From contig CM119372.1 of NCBI GenBank assembly GCA_051294905.1, forward strand, positions 32,490,001 through 32,554,000: a stretch of 64,000 nucleotides of DNA, written 5' to 3'. Made by a program: the position numbers and the translations under genes. This document shows, one piece after another, positions 11,111 to 23,256 of the stretch; positions within the stretch are counted from its first letter, which is position 1; each line of letters starts with the position of its first letter. Source of the DNA: Botryllus schlosseri. Lineage: Eukaryota. The notes below the pieces were generated by a model that worked only from the letters and a program-made list of their open reading frames with translations, searched no databases and was not told the DNA's origin.

Positions 11111-14100
11111 TCAGAAACGTTTTGAGAAGCGAAGTTGGAACGAGGGACTGGTGCGACCAGACGGATTTCTTTCAACGCCCTGTATATTACAAATATTGTA
11201 TCATATTTATATTGAAATCCAGCAGCTACTGCTCCTTTTGTCTAAGACGAGTAGGAAATGTTTACATTTGATGTATAGTCATTTATCACTTACCGCATTT
11301 ATTCCGAGATTTCCTCCTACAAATTTCTGTTAAAAAGTAGCAAATGGTTTTGTGAGCGCATGATTCATTTCACAGGCACGTCAAGATACAATTACTCACT
11401 CGGGAATACTCGGCACTTGCACCACGACCTCCAAATGAATTGGCGTACTGGAAAGCAAATGCAACGTATTGTATTCATCGTTTAACGAATCCTCGGAGTT
11501 GCTCGAAGGTGGCTACTTCCGAAGTTGCAAGATATGTCTGACTATTGACACTACCAATTCGTGGAATCTCCGGAGGTAGGTTTAGCTTCCTCGTACATGG
11601 TTTATTTAGGGTTACCATACGTCTTCTTTTAAGAGGATTTGTCCTCTTTTTTGACTTTTTTAAACTGTCCTCGGAAGACGCCTAAATGTCCTCTTTTTTG
11701 ACATTATTGGTAAATGTACGTGGAAATTGGACTGAGATGAAGTAAATCAGCGCTCAATTGACGGTCCGACGGGCTTTTCGGGACTTGAGCCAGAAAACGA
11801 CCTTTTTTTAGTCAACCAACCACAAAATCGGGAAAAATTTACCACTTTTCCGTATTTTAATCCGGCATACTAGGTCTGAAAATTTTCAAGAAGTGTCCTC
11901 TTTTCAGTTTTCCAAGATATGATAACCCTAGTTTATTTAAAGATGTTGTTATCTCAATTTTACTTATAAAAGGGACTCCAACTTATCCAATCACTACTCT
12001 CTGCTTTTCAAATTAAAAATTGCAAAATGTATTTTTGCCTAAATCAGGTAAGTAGAAGTGGTGTTAGTTTAAAAAGCTAGGCATTAGAGCAATGTTCCCT
12101 CTAAGCTGCGCACCTGTGCAAATGCGCAATGCTGACACGGTCTATGCGCACAGAAAATCTAAATTGCGCACAAAAAATCCGAAGTGGTGACCTTTTTTTA
12201 GTCGTTACGCACTGTTGTCCAAGGGTCTGCGCAGTAAGTAGGTGAGTGTGCTTAGACTCGGCAGAAATTTGAGGGAACGTTGCCCTTGAGTGAGTGAGTA
12301 TGTCTACTTTGGTACTCCGAAAAATTAGAAGTACTTCGTTCCTGACCACCTCGGGGTAAGCGATGGCCTGATTAATTTATTATATATGGAAAACCATCAG
12401 GGAGGACACCTCGGGGTGAATTTGAAAGTGTTGAATATTTTCGGTAGTAAAGTGAGGACACATCTTGAAACAAGAGGCCACGCTTGTCACCATTGATGTG
12501 GTATGAGAGTGCGTTCGAGTTGCACCCCTAGTTCGGACATTACAACTTCAGCCAGGCAAGTCTTTTAAGGCCGCGTCACACATTCGATCGTGGTGGTAGT
12601 CTTTTTAATTACTTTACACTCACCGCCGAAGCACCAAGTTGTCCACCAAAAGCTCTCTGTAAAAAGAAGATCGGGATACTCGTATCGTATGCTATGATTA
12701 AATCGATTGTTGTTAATCTTACCCCGGAATATCCAGCGTTCATCCCGTATCCACCGTATGAGTTTCTATTCTGTTTGCAATAAGATAATACTTTGAATGA
12801 TTTCGAGTTGGGAATGAAAACTCATTCGTTTTTATAATCACTGGTATGTATATAAAATATATCGTATATATTTCGAATCGAAACTCGTTTCCACGTAGGA
12901 CCATGTTAATCTCTATTCACATCTCATTGCATCAGCAGTCATTGTAAATTGCATTACAGAGTGTTACTATACATTCATGTTGGCTACTATATTACGCGAC
13001 TCAAGATAGTAATTGTTTCTCACCCCAGATATTGACACTCTTCCATTATTTGGTAGCCTCTGAAATAGAAATAAAGATACTTTCAACAATTACTCTCATT
13101 GATGACTCGTTCCGTGTTTTCTGATGACCAACAATTTTGGAGACGACCATCACTGATTGATAGATGGTGTAGAGGTCTTTGCTTATAAATGCTTACATGC
13201 TCGTATCCTCCACGTAGCTGCCACGTGTTGCTGGGATGGTGGAAACTCTGAAACGACACAGTAAGTTACTGATTTAGTAGTGAGGCAGATTATATAATTG
13301 TAAACACTTACCCCGCCTAAAAAGGTGTTTCCATTCCTGCCGACACCCTGAAAATCGAGAATTAAAATTTAGTTTTATGTCGAAAGGTTATGCTGCATGA
13401 TATACCGTAGATCATCAATATATCATACCACTGATCTTGCTTTCATAAACTGATATATCCTCATTAACGATTATGCTAGCTATGCGTCTCGTATATGGAA
13501 TGTAACACAGTGGGTATTGAACACACCCGATCTCCTACATACCCGGTTCAAACGTCCATTAAACGTAGTTCCTGATCTATTATGTTCCTGAAATAAAACA
13601 GAAATCGTCAAAACCAGAATACTACCTGGCTAAATTCCGACTTTATCGGAGTCATAATTGAACGTTTTCTTAACATTGCAGCACAATTGTAAAGCGCTTA
13701 GAGTCAATAAAGCGGTCGGTAATGGGTTATTGCTACTTTTTCCGGGTACTCAAGTAGTTTTTTTCTGCATGTTGGGCGATCCCAGGAAGAAGTGATTGTC
13801 GTTAATAGACGATCACTGTTTACGTCTGTACATCTTCAAACCGTAACAATAAAGTGATCTGTTATCAATTCCCCATATATTCCATCATTAGTATTGCCTA
13901 GATTGCCATTCTTCAATAAAAGTTATACTTTTATTTAGCCGAGGCAGAACAGTAATAATATCAAGATCAAACGATATATTCGAAACACGTTTAGGTAGAT
14001 CTCTAAATCAGTCGACAGTAATTTTATAGATGCACCTTGAAACATATTCACAGAATGTTAATGTCCATCTTAGATGTCTTGAACAATTTTGAACGCGATT

Positions 14101-16113
14101 GTGATAGATCAAAGCTCCCTATTCCCATCCAACATATCAAATTGTTTTGGATTGCATGGAAATTGACAACAACAAAATTCACTACTTTTCAAAAATATGT
14201 CCATGATATGCAAGGATCACGATCAATTTGATCATTCACTTACGGCCATGCACCAGAGATATAGTTCCTTAAGGTTACACAATGTGATTGTTACTTCTGC
14301 ATATCATATAGCACATGTATAGACTAGAGCGAGGGTGTCAAACATATGGTCCGCCAGGCGATTTCATCCGGCCCGCCAAGCAATTCTGAGTAGATTGAAA
14401 AAAGTTGTATTTTCCAGCACATTTCTAACAAATGTTGAGATCTTATAGTAAGAAATATCTCCTGCAATACAGCAATGTCGAAATCACAAGACGCAATAAA
14501 ACTATCCGACACCGGTGCTTTGGTTTCACTCTAGTTACCATCAGAAACAAGTCGGCGACACTGACAGGCAATTCCGAAAACGCAAAAAAGTGAACATTAA
14601 CTTCCGATTTTTATGAAATATTAACAAAAAGGCAGAATATAACAGTTTTACAAAAGTATAATTAAATATTCTGTGGTCGCTCTGCGGTATCACTTCTGGC
14701 TCAAAAGATTCCCGGCCGCCAGCTAAATATTTATTTTGCCAACTTATGTTTTAGCGGTTAATAACTGTATTCAACCGGCCAATCATTGAGTATTTGCCAA
14801 TTCCGTTGTTGCGAATGATTCCATTGTTACAATAGAATAGAAATGATCCGCAATGTAATATATTATAATATTTTGTATATAGGTGAGATCAGTGGATATC
14901 AGTGGAGATCAGTGGTCTTCCAGGTGGTACGCGAGTATATTATACTTTTCTTTAGACCGATGGGAGTTGTTAGTTCAGGTGGGGTGGGTTTTTTAAAGCC
15001 GTCGTGGGTAGGGGCAATCCCACCAATGACGGCCTACGGGCAAGAGATATAGTCGTAAAGCATTGAGATTTTCACCTAATTAAATTCCGTTTTATTATAT
15101 TTGACCACAAGAATTCCAAATGGATCCAATACAGAAATCATATCCTGCGCCGTATAATGAGCATTTTATTCACGGTAGAAACATTTTTGACCGCCTTCGG
15201 CACGCGTAACTCATGTAGGTGGTAATACGCGAGCACTGCATAAAACCTAGAAATGGTTTAGGAAAAACCACTGGGTTAGATATTGAAGTATTCAAGCGAA
15301 AAACAAGGTCGTGGATTTTGAGGTAACACTTTCAAACCATTATACGGGTCCGGTTGTGAGCGATTTCAAGGTTCGAATCCGGCGCGTGTCGCAAGTTGAG
15401 TTTTACACCCCTGCTGTTTAGTGTCCATATTCCCTTACTTAGTAGCCTACTATACTTACAATGTTGCCTTCGACACTTCCACGGGCTTGTCGCTTCGTTC
15501 TGCGTCGTGGCTACAAAAGCAATCATAAATCTCGCGGTCATTGAATATAAAAAGGATATCAGGTTACCATAGTCGGTTCGCTATGCTCATCGTATCGCTG
15601 TTTGTCATCATCCGGCACTTCAAAGCGAGGTGTCTGCAACGATTTGCGAATCAAATTGGCGTCATACAGGAAAGATAATTCAGTTAAATGCGTCCCAGTC
15701 ACAAGGGTTGGTAACGGGGAGAACCGAAATAGCAACTGAGCGCAAATTGCCAATAAAGCGGCATACCAAATTCCACTTACCGATTTCAAAACGCAATTCA
15801 CGCCATTCCAGCAGCATTCGTGAGTCTTAAGGCACTTGTCAGCGGTGTCAACAGATTCTCCGGTGCAGAGGTCCACGCACGCATCTGCATACATATTTAA
15901 TTAGTGAAAGTAGACCACCAATGCTTCCAATACGAATTTGCAACATGGGAGTTACGACTCCTAAATGGACTGCTTACCTTCCATGTCGGTGGAGCAAATG
16001 CCTATATGGACAAGAACAAGTCTGTTCAACTCGCATCTTCGCAAAGGCAAAGTAGCAGCTTGGACTTGGAGCGCAGCAGCAAAGGCTAAAAGAGCAACTG
16101 TCGTCTTTATCAT
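11111..16113 (-). CDS. Gene A: 11-exon secreted precursor (224 aa) with signal peptide, 8-Cys domain, acidic linker, RTKR furin site and a Gly-rich cationic hymenoptaecin/attacin-like peptide
   Basis: Exons 15978-16113, 15781-15884, 15568-15633, 15460-15510, 13543-13587, 13312-13347, 13197-13247, 13024-13059, 12723-12770, 12624-12656, 11111-11179. All introns are GT..AG and exon sizes match gene B. Protein: MIKTTVALLAFAAALQVQA-ATLPLRRCELNRLVLVHIGICSTDMEDACVDLCTGESVDTADKCLKTHECCWNGVNCVLKSTPRFEVPDDDKQRYDEHSEPTMPRRRTKR-QARGSVEGNIEHNRSGTTFNGRLNRGVGRNGNTFLGGSFHHPSNTWQLRGGYEHRLPNNGRVSISGNRNSYGGYGMNAGYSGRAFGGQLGASAGVERNPSGRTSPSFQLRFSKRF*. AATAAA follows the stop. Confidence 0.85.
11607..11930 (+). 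mobile_element. TAGGGTTACCAT MITE in the last intron of gene A
   Basis: TAGGGTTACCATA...TATGATAACCCTA flanked by a GTTTATT direct repeat. Confidence 0.8.
12090..12282. mobile_element. Short CAATGTTCCCTCTAA hAT-type MITE
   Basis: Ends CAATGTTCCCTCTAA / TTTGAGGGAACGTTG. Same family as 63680-63858. Confidence 0.7.
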
Positions 16114-16186
16114 GATTTATGCCTGATTCTGTCTCTTCGATATTTTCCGAAGTTTCAATATAGAGATTTTACGTGGTTGGCTGATA

Positions 16187-16212
16187 TTATATACTACTTT
16201 GTGGGGAATTCT
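16187..16212 (-). promoter_or_regulatory. TATA box plus adjacent kappaB-like motif upstream of gene A
   Basis: TATATAA on the minus strand at 16187-16193, about 75 bp above the ATG. GGGGAATTCT at 16203-16212. Gene B has the same spacing. Confidence 0.5.
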
Positions 16213-16658
16213 GCAGTGTGTGCCGCCAATATGTGGTCCAGTGAAATTGCGGTTTTCTCTGAAAGTAGCCTATACAAATCGAAAACCTATCGGATTGAGT
16301 TTCCGGAACAGTCCGTTTCAAATGAAAATTAAGTAATACCATGGTATGGGTCGTCTGAGTTTTGGACACGCATTACACCAACATATTTCGTGCAGTCGAA
16401 ACTAATTACAATCGAAGAAATCGAAATTCCGCAATATGGGTATCGCTATCACATCAAATAGGGTTCTTTCTCAGCTTTTAATTTCTCTGGTGGTGTACAC
16501 GCAGCGGATATGTTTGTGTCTTGCTGACTTTCACAGAATTATGTGACGATTCTGATAATTTATCGTGAAAATTGTTAACGCAGATGCAGATTATAGTAGT
16601 TCGGTTATTTCACCCGCACACAAACATGCACATTTTCAAAAATCACAACGTCATACCT

Positions 16659-17243
16659 AGCGTTGCATTTAAAACAAAAGGTGTTTTAAAACACTTTGTT
16701 TGAAACATGTTTTATTTAAACATTGTTTTTAAAACATTGCCATTTCAAAAAGAACAAAACTGTGTTTCTTTTTCAAAAGTTGTATAATTATGCCATACTT
16801 GTGTAAATACTTTTGAAAAAATCATTTAGTGTGGGCCTACGGACGCTTCCACCCGATTTAGTCGACGCATACGATATGGACTGGTTGAAACCCTCGAAAT
16901 CGTCATTGCTTCAACGGTTATTGCACGTTATTTTATATAATTGGTACGGAATGGATGTTCTGATAATGATGACCGCAAACCGTAAGCATGCTGCATTTCA
17001 ATGAATACCTGGTCAAACATATTTTTGGTCCGTTCAAGACAGAGGTCGGAAGCCTATTTTGACGAAGGAACCATATTTACCCTAATTTGAGATTGGTCAA
17101 TGTCATTCCACTGTGACGTCACAATTTAAGATTTGTGACGTCATGGCTAATAAAAAAAAACAATACCAAACATGTTTTAAACAAGAGACATGATGTTTTA
17201 AACATGTTTGTTATAAATTGAGTTTTGTTTTAAATCCAACGCT
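16659..17243. mobile_element. GGTTGCATTTAAAAC-TIR non-autonomous element, copy 1
   Basis: Ends agcgttgcatttaaaacaaaa / ttttgttttaaatccaacgct; internal gtgacgtca motifs. Confidence 0.65.
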
Positions 17244-17423
17244 CAGTAGTCCTACCCATGGACCGAAAATTATCATATAGTCCAAGATATATCACAATTT
17301 GGTGATTATATTGGTCAACGGCCAATTCCTTTCCGATACGAATGTGGGTGATCTTGGATAATAACGGGTCGACGATCACGAATATCATTTGCAAATTTAT
17401 TGATCATCTCTATAGTTATTGAT

Positions 17424-17826
17424 AGGGTTGCATTTAAAACAAAAGTCAATTTCAAACAAACATGTTTTTGTTTATTCAAGCCACGTCACGAATATTCAAT
17501 TGTGACGTCATATTGAATTGGCATTGGCATTTGAAAATATAGGGTAAATATAGCTCCTTTGACGAAACGTATACGTACTATAGCTGTTGAACCGATTATT
17601 TTGAGGGTTGCAACCATCCCATATCGTATACGTCGGCTATATCGGGTGGTAATTGTCCGTAGGCTCATACAACATGTGTTTTGGAGAGTATTTACACAAT
17701 TATGGCATAATTTTGCAACTTGAAAAAATTACAATTTTCTTTTATTCAAAGGCCTTTGTTTAAACACTGCTTAAAACATGCTTTAAGCAAAGTGTTTTAA
17801 ACAACCATTTGTTTTAAATGCAACCT
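17424..17826. mobile_element. GGTTGCATTTAAAAC-TIR element, copy 2, inverted relative to copy 1
   Basis: Ends agggttgcatttaaaacaaaa / tttgttttaaatgcaacct. Internal blocks are reverse-complementary to copy 1. Confidence 0.65.
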
Positions 17827-17882
17827 TAGTTATTGATATATTGCACGCTGCCAAAATGTGCTGACCATGTTCATACACATTT

Positions 17883-19324
17883 AAGGGAGATTTGTCCTCC
17901 TTTTTTACGATATTGAAAATGTCCTCCGAGGACGCCTAAATGTCCGCTATTTTTACAATTCATCCTCATTTACAGTTTTACAGCTAGGCTAATGCCCTAA
18001 TGGACAGGGTTAACTGAAAATCGACATAAATGAGGCGAGTTGGTTAATGCGGACGTTCGAGCGGGTCATTCGAGGAGGGTTGGTTCGATTTGTTTGAAAT
18101 AAGGTCAGTTTTGTTCGAAATAAGGCCAGTCTAATGTTTTAAATGAGGATAGTCATGATAGAAATAAGGTCAGTCTCATGTTTGAAATAAGGATAGTCGC
18201 GATATTCACTATAAGGTCAGTTGCAGTATCAACATATCCAATGCAAGATATCACAGTGGTGACCCAGTCCGAACACATCCCAGACATGATGTCCGAACAC
18301 GCCCTAGACACGATGTCCGAGTTTCAACACAGGCCGAACACGCCCCAGACACCATGTTCAAATGGCAATAGAGGGCGAACACATCCCAGACATGATGTGC
18401 GAACACGCCTCAAACATGATGTCCGAGTGTCAACACAGTTCGAACACACCCCAGACACCATGTCCGAACGGCAGCACAGGGTGAACACACCCAAGACATG
18501 ATGTTTGAACACGCCCCAGAAACGATGTCCGAGTGTCAACACACGCCGAACACGCCCCAGACACCATGTCCGAAAGGCAGCACAGGCCGAATACACTCCA
18601 GACGTGATGTCCGAACACGCCCCAGACACGATGTCCGAGTATCAACACAGGCCGAACACGCCCAAGAAACCATGTCCGAATGGCAGCACAGGCCGAACAC
18701 ACCCCAGACATGATATCCCAACACGCCCCAGACACGATGTCCGAGTATCAACACAGGCCGAACACGCCCAAGACACCATGTCCATGTCTATGGCGTGTTC
18801 GGACATCATGTCTTGGGTGTGTTCACCCTGTGCTGCCATTCGGACATGGTGTCTGGGGCGTGTTCGGCCTGTGTTGACACTCGGACATCGTGTCTAGGGC
18901 GTGTTCGGACATCATGTCTGGGGTGTGTTCGAACTATGTTGACACTCGGACATCGTGTTTGGGGCGTGATCGGACATCATGTCTGGGATGTGTTCGCCCT
19001 GTGTTGCTATTTGGACATTGTGTCTGGGGCGTGTTCGGACATCACGTCTGAGGTGTGTTCGGACTGGGTCACCACTGTGATATCTCACCTTGGATATGTT
19101 GATACTGCAACTGACCTTATAGTGAAAATAGCGACTATCCTTTTAGACAACACCACAATAATCGTAAAAAAGTGGGTAATGCGGGGGATGGCCTTTTTTA
19201 GTCAACACAACAAGATTTCCAGTTATTATTAAAAAATCAGCTGTTTTCAATTTCGGTAAACAATTTTTTTTTAGGATTTTAAAAAAGTGTCCTCTTTTCC
19301 GGTTTCAAAAATACGGTAACCCTA
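17883..19324 (+). mobile_element. Degenerate TAGGGTTACCAT-family MITE shell enclosing a palindromic satellite
   Basis: gatttgtcctcc...gtcctccgaggacgcctaaatgtcc at left and aaagtgtcctcttttcc...aaaatacggtaacccta at right match the family at 11607 and 33780. Confidence 0.6.
18190..19142. repeat. Palindromic tandem array with a ~106-bp higher-order unit built from ~21- and ~32-bp subunits (GTCCGAACACGCCCCAGACAC core)
   Basis: The left half is direct repeats and the right half is their reverse complement, switching at about 18785. The unique ~70-bp flanks (gatagtcgc...gtgacccagtccgaac) are also inverted. Confidence 0.9.
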
Positions 19325-20224
19325 TACAATATAGCGGCTACGATCCGAAATGTAATTCACAGGACTATTATATGCATGTACGCTTGATAATAAAGCATTC
19401 CAGTGACAAAGAAAGGTATGGATTTGGAGGTAACAGTTTGAAATCATTTTACTTGTCCACCTGCAAGCAACCTGAATTTCGGAATCCGGGCCACGACCCA
19501 AGTTGACTTTGACACCCCTTCAATAGGTGTACCAAAGTATAAATGACGTGCACCACAAAAGGTAAATAAGGATGCATCATCAACTTTTAGCACCAATACT
19601 CAATAGCTTTGACAGTTGACGACGGCCTACAGACGGTGGCGGTGCTTGCTAATTGTTGGCATCTTGCATTCCGCGGGCATCGATGCTATGTTGGTTGCCT
19701 AGGCTTGCCTACAATTACGTCAACACATTATATTAGGTTTGTACAGTGGAGGGAGCGACGAAATAATACCGTGCTGTCTGTAATCACTAGTGTCCATATA
19801 GCTGTCTCTATTCAGGTAGCCTATAGCTCGCCGCATAGGCCTAATATTCATTTTATGATAGTCAAAGATATATAATACGTATCTCCAAACTTTAATCACA
19901 ATTTAGCAAACTATTTGTCCTACTTATGACAAAACAAATATTTTCAAATAATGGAATATCTGACTTCAGAAACAAGCTCAAGTTATTTATTGGATTACTG
20001 ATGATGAGTAGTGGTACGGTGTTGTTGACAATTCGGCCAGACACGCGAAAGGGTTTTTTTTATTAGCGGTATTGCGTACATTCAGCAAGGGTCAGATCAT
20101 ATGCAATTGTGAATCCCATTATGCTGTGACAACAAAATGCATTTGTCTGCTTTGGCTCCATATTGTCTGCACGCATCGCCGAGGTTTCGGATCTTGTTAA
20201 GACTGAAAAGTAGCGATTGTAGAC

Positions 20225-21519
20225 CAGTGGTTCAGCGGTCCGCGAGGTATATTACAATTTTATACTTCAATTTCAAGATGTAATGTTGAAGGATGTCCAT
20301 TGATAGAATAAATAAAACATCAAATTATAATATAATTCAGAAGTTCGTGAGGTATCATTAGGGCGTGAAACATGTTCGATTTGACTTAAAGTTGAAGGCG
20401 TGTTATTTGACGAGCGACAAGTACAGAACAGGTACGAACCGAAAAATCGCTAAACAGCGCAGTTTGCGCGATTATTCGTTTTCGATTCATTCATTTTGTG
20501 TAGGACCGTAACTGGGGCACCAAAAACCGCCTAATTGGAGAGGGGTCGAGCTTGAAAAGTGCCCAAAATTATTTTGCAAATGAACCTAAATCATAACGTA
20601 TTTTTCTGAAACTTTTTCCAACATTTTTCAATTTCTTTTCGCGCTTTGCTTGATTTAGTGTCACTAAATGTTCTCCGAGATATACGCATGATTTATAGAA
20701 ATAGGTATTTCGGAGTCAGCCATTACCGTGCCACGACGCACCAACCCCTGATGAAGTATAAGCTAACATGGAACTCCGAAGTGTGTACCAAAAATTCGGC
20801 AGCGAGAAAACCAATTCAGTCATTAATGATCGATAATATTCGGTATTGCCGCGATTAAGCTACATAAACTCTCTGCTTACACCGAGTAGAATGAATGTGC
20901 TCACAAGTACAAGTGAAAACATCCACCGAACTGCAGGGTCTGGGGGTGAATCCCCCGGAAGTTTGGCTTATCTCCCTGTGGGTGACCAAGACCAACGTTT
21001 TTCGGGGTGGACTAACGAAGTGCTTTTGCGGCCCGGATTACCGGATGGCCGGTATATAGTTGCTACAAGGTGTTTTCCTGCGGCACACTTTGTATTCGTA
21101 GTTGCCAGAGTAGCGTATGCGTCTGATGGAAGTGGGCAATGAGCAAGGTAGCACGGCAAGGTGCTTGGTTCGACTTAGTGCTTAGTTCGACTTGGTTCGA
21201 GTTGGCGAGGTCGGTTAAACCCACGGCCTTCGGCGCCAAAGACTGTAAACGACTCTCGGCGGTAGCACGTTTATCTGGATAAGGCAATTTTACTTCGAGT
21301 CAGCAGACTGACTACCATAAAATCCCATGGATGCGTTCATGAAGATAATTAATTACGATCAAACCCCTTTAAATGTCACTCTCTAGCACCATATAATTGC
21401 AAAAAAACGGCTGCATACTTTACATTTTGGCTTCATTTCAATTTTCGAAGTGCACCGGTCCGCCAGACATTTTTTAAAATTTTACCGGTCCGCGAGGTGA
21501 AAAAGGTTTAGAACCACTG
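20225..21519. mobile_element. hAT-type non-autonomous element
   Basis: CAGTGGTTC...GAACCACTG with perfect 8-bp TSD TTGTAGAC. Carries a degenerate CAGGACCGTAAC-element fragment. Confidence 0.8.
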
Positions 21520-21804
21520 TTGTAGACAACGGCATGTGCGGCGGTTTTCAGTAACATCATCGATTTGCTTCTACATATTTTGTTGAACGTGATGTCCTTC
21601 TTACAACATTCCAGATTGATATATAGGCTATTACAGTTGAAATCGTGAATTCAGTTACCAATCATCCTCACAGTACAATTTGTACGATGTATCCGCGGCC
21701 AAACCGTCTAAAAAGAGAATGAGTAAGGCTTTAAGTCTGCCCACGGCTTGACTTGGAGAACGCTTGCTGAAATCTCGCATTTTGAGACCGACTTCACCCT
21801 AATG

Positions 21805-22715
21805 CAGTGTTATTCAACCGCGGGTCCGCGGACCCCTGGGGGTCCGTGAAGCTTTTTCAGGGGGTCCGCGAAGCCTCTAAATTTGTAAAATGCTTGATAA
21901 CCTAATTTTTATTTCATTTTTTAATTAGTAAAAGCATTGACCTGTTTCGCTTCATAATAGCTAAAACTCTAGGACTCACAACATTGAAATTGTCGTCTGA
22001 GTTGAAATATCCGACTGTTCAAACTCATTTAATAGCCTGCTGATGCGAACATATTGCGGTTCACGGATGTTTTGTTGGGGTTTGTGTAAAAATGAAATGT
22101 TGGAGATGTGGTGGTCAGACAAGCAAACATTTCGGATTTGGAGTCGTCAGTTTCAGCAAATTAGTAAACAATCGTTTGAAATTGAAATTCCTGAGTTTTT
22201 ATCGAATATGTCCCGATGAAGGAATTGAAACCTCGCCACGAAATCCATTTTCTCGTGTGATACAACCACTAAATAACTTCAATATGAGATGCTATATAGA
22301 AATGACTATGGGCTGGGCCCACGTGGTATGTTCATTAAAAACTCACACCAAAAGCTGTAGTCGGAAGCGGTACGCGTTAATAATACATTCGCGACCAATA
22401 TATCTTTGTCGAAATGGATTTTCGGCGCTCATTCATATCAAATCGAATACGCAGATTTTATCGACAATAAATACGGATGTAAAATTACCTTCGAAATAAT
22501 AAAAGTCCACCAAATTTCTGCATATAGTGTGCTGTTATTTTCAAGAAAAGTCATTTTGTGGCTGTTTATCACTAGCCAAACATTTACTATTTGCACAAGA
22601 CAGTTGACGGTTGCACGATAATTGAGCTAATTTTGAACCAAAACTTAAGGGGGTCCGCGGAGGTCCGTGACAGTCCAAAAGGGGTCCGCGAAGACAAAAA
22701 GGTTGAGAGCCACTG
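21805..22715. mobile_element. hAT-type MITE with GGGGTCCGCG subterminal repeats
   Basis: CAGTGTTATTCAACC...GGTTGAGAGCCACTG; TSD CCCTAATG/CCCTAATA. Confidence 0.8.
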
Positions 22716-23256
22716 CCCTAATAGCTTCATTGAATACCATAGAGCTCCAAAACTCGAGAGAGCGCGCAAGCACAACGGCAGTCGCACTCAAACTCGTTTC
22801 TAGCTTTTCGAATACAGTTTCTTAAAGGGGCACTGCACTTTAAAAATGATGTGGCCTCAGATTGAAGGGCAAAACGAAAAAAGAAAATTGCCGCAGCTGT
22901 TTTCTTCAGAACGGTACCGTAATGGAGCTGCAATTTATTGAAATTTCCACAAAAACTTCACGCAGCAGCAGTCACTTAGAGATCGAACTTTATATAGTTG
23001 TCAGCCGCTGTTATGAAGGAAAGCAGATTCCACAGACTTTTTTATACGTAATCGCACGAATAGCTTCTGCTGAAAACGCATTATTCTATTTGTTACAGTA
23101 AAAGAATTGCAGGCCTAATTTGCGGTTTGATTGATTGACAACACCAAGTCATTTCGAGTTTTTCCTTTCTTTTCACTTTACAGCGATTGTTGGACCACAA
23201 ATTACATTATATTAAAAGTTATGGTGATGAAAAAGTGTGAATTATATTATTTAAAG

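Noticed and set aside
18178..19232. Cluster of overlapping Cys/His-rich ORFs; array superficially CRISPR-like
   Set aside because: The ORFs are translations of the 106-bp satellite in all frames. There are no unique spacers or cas genes, and the context is eukaryotic.
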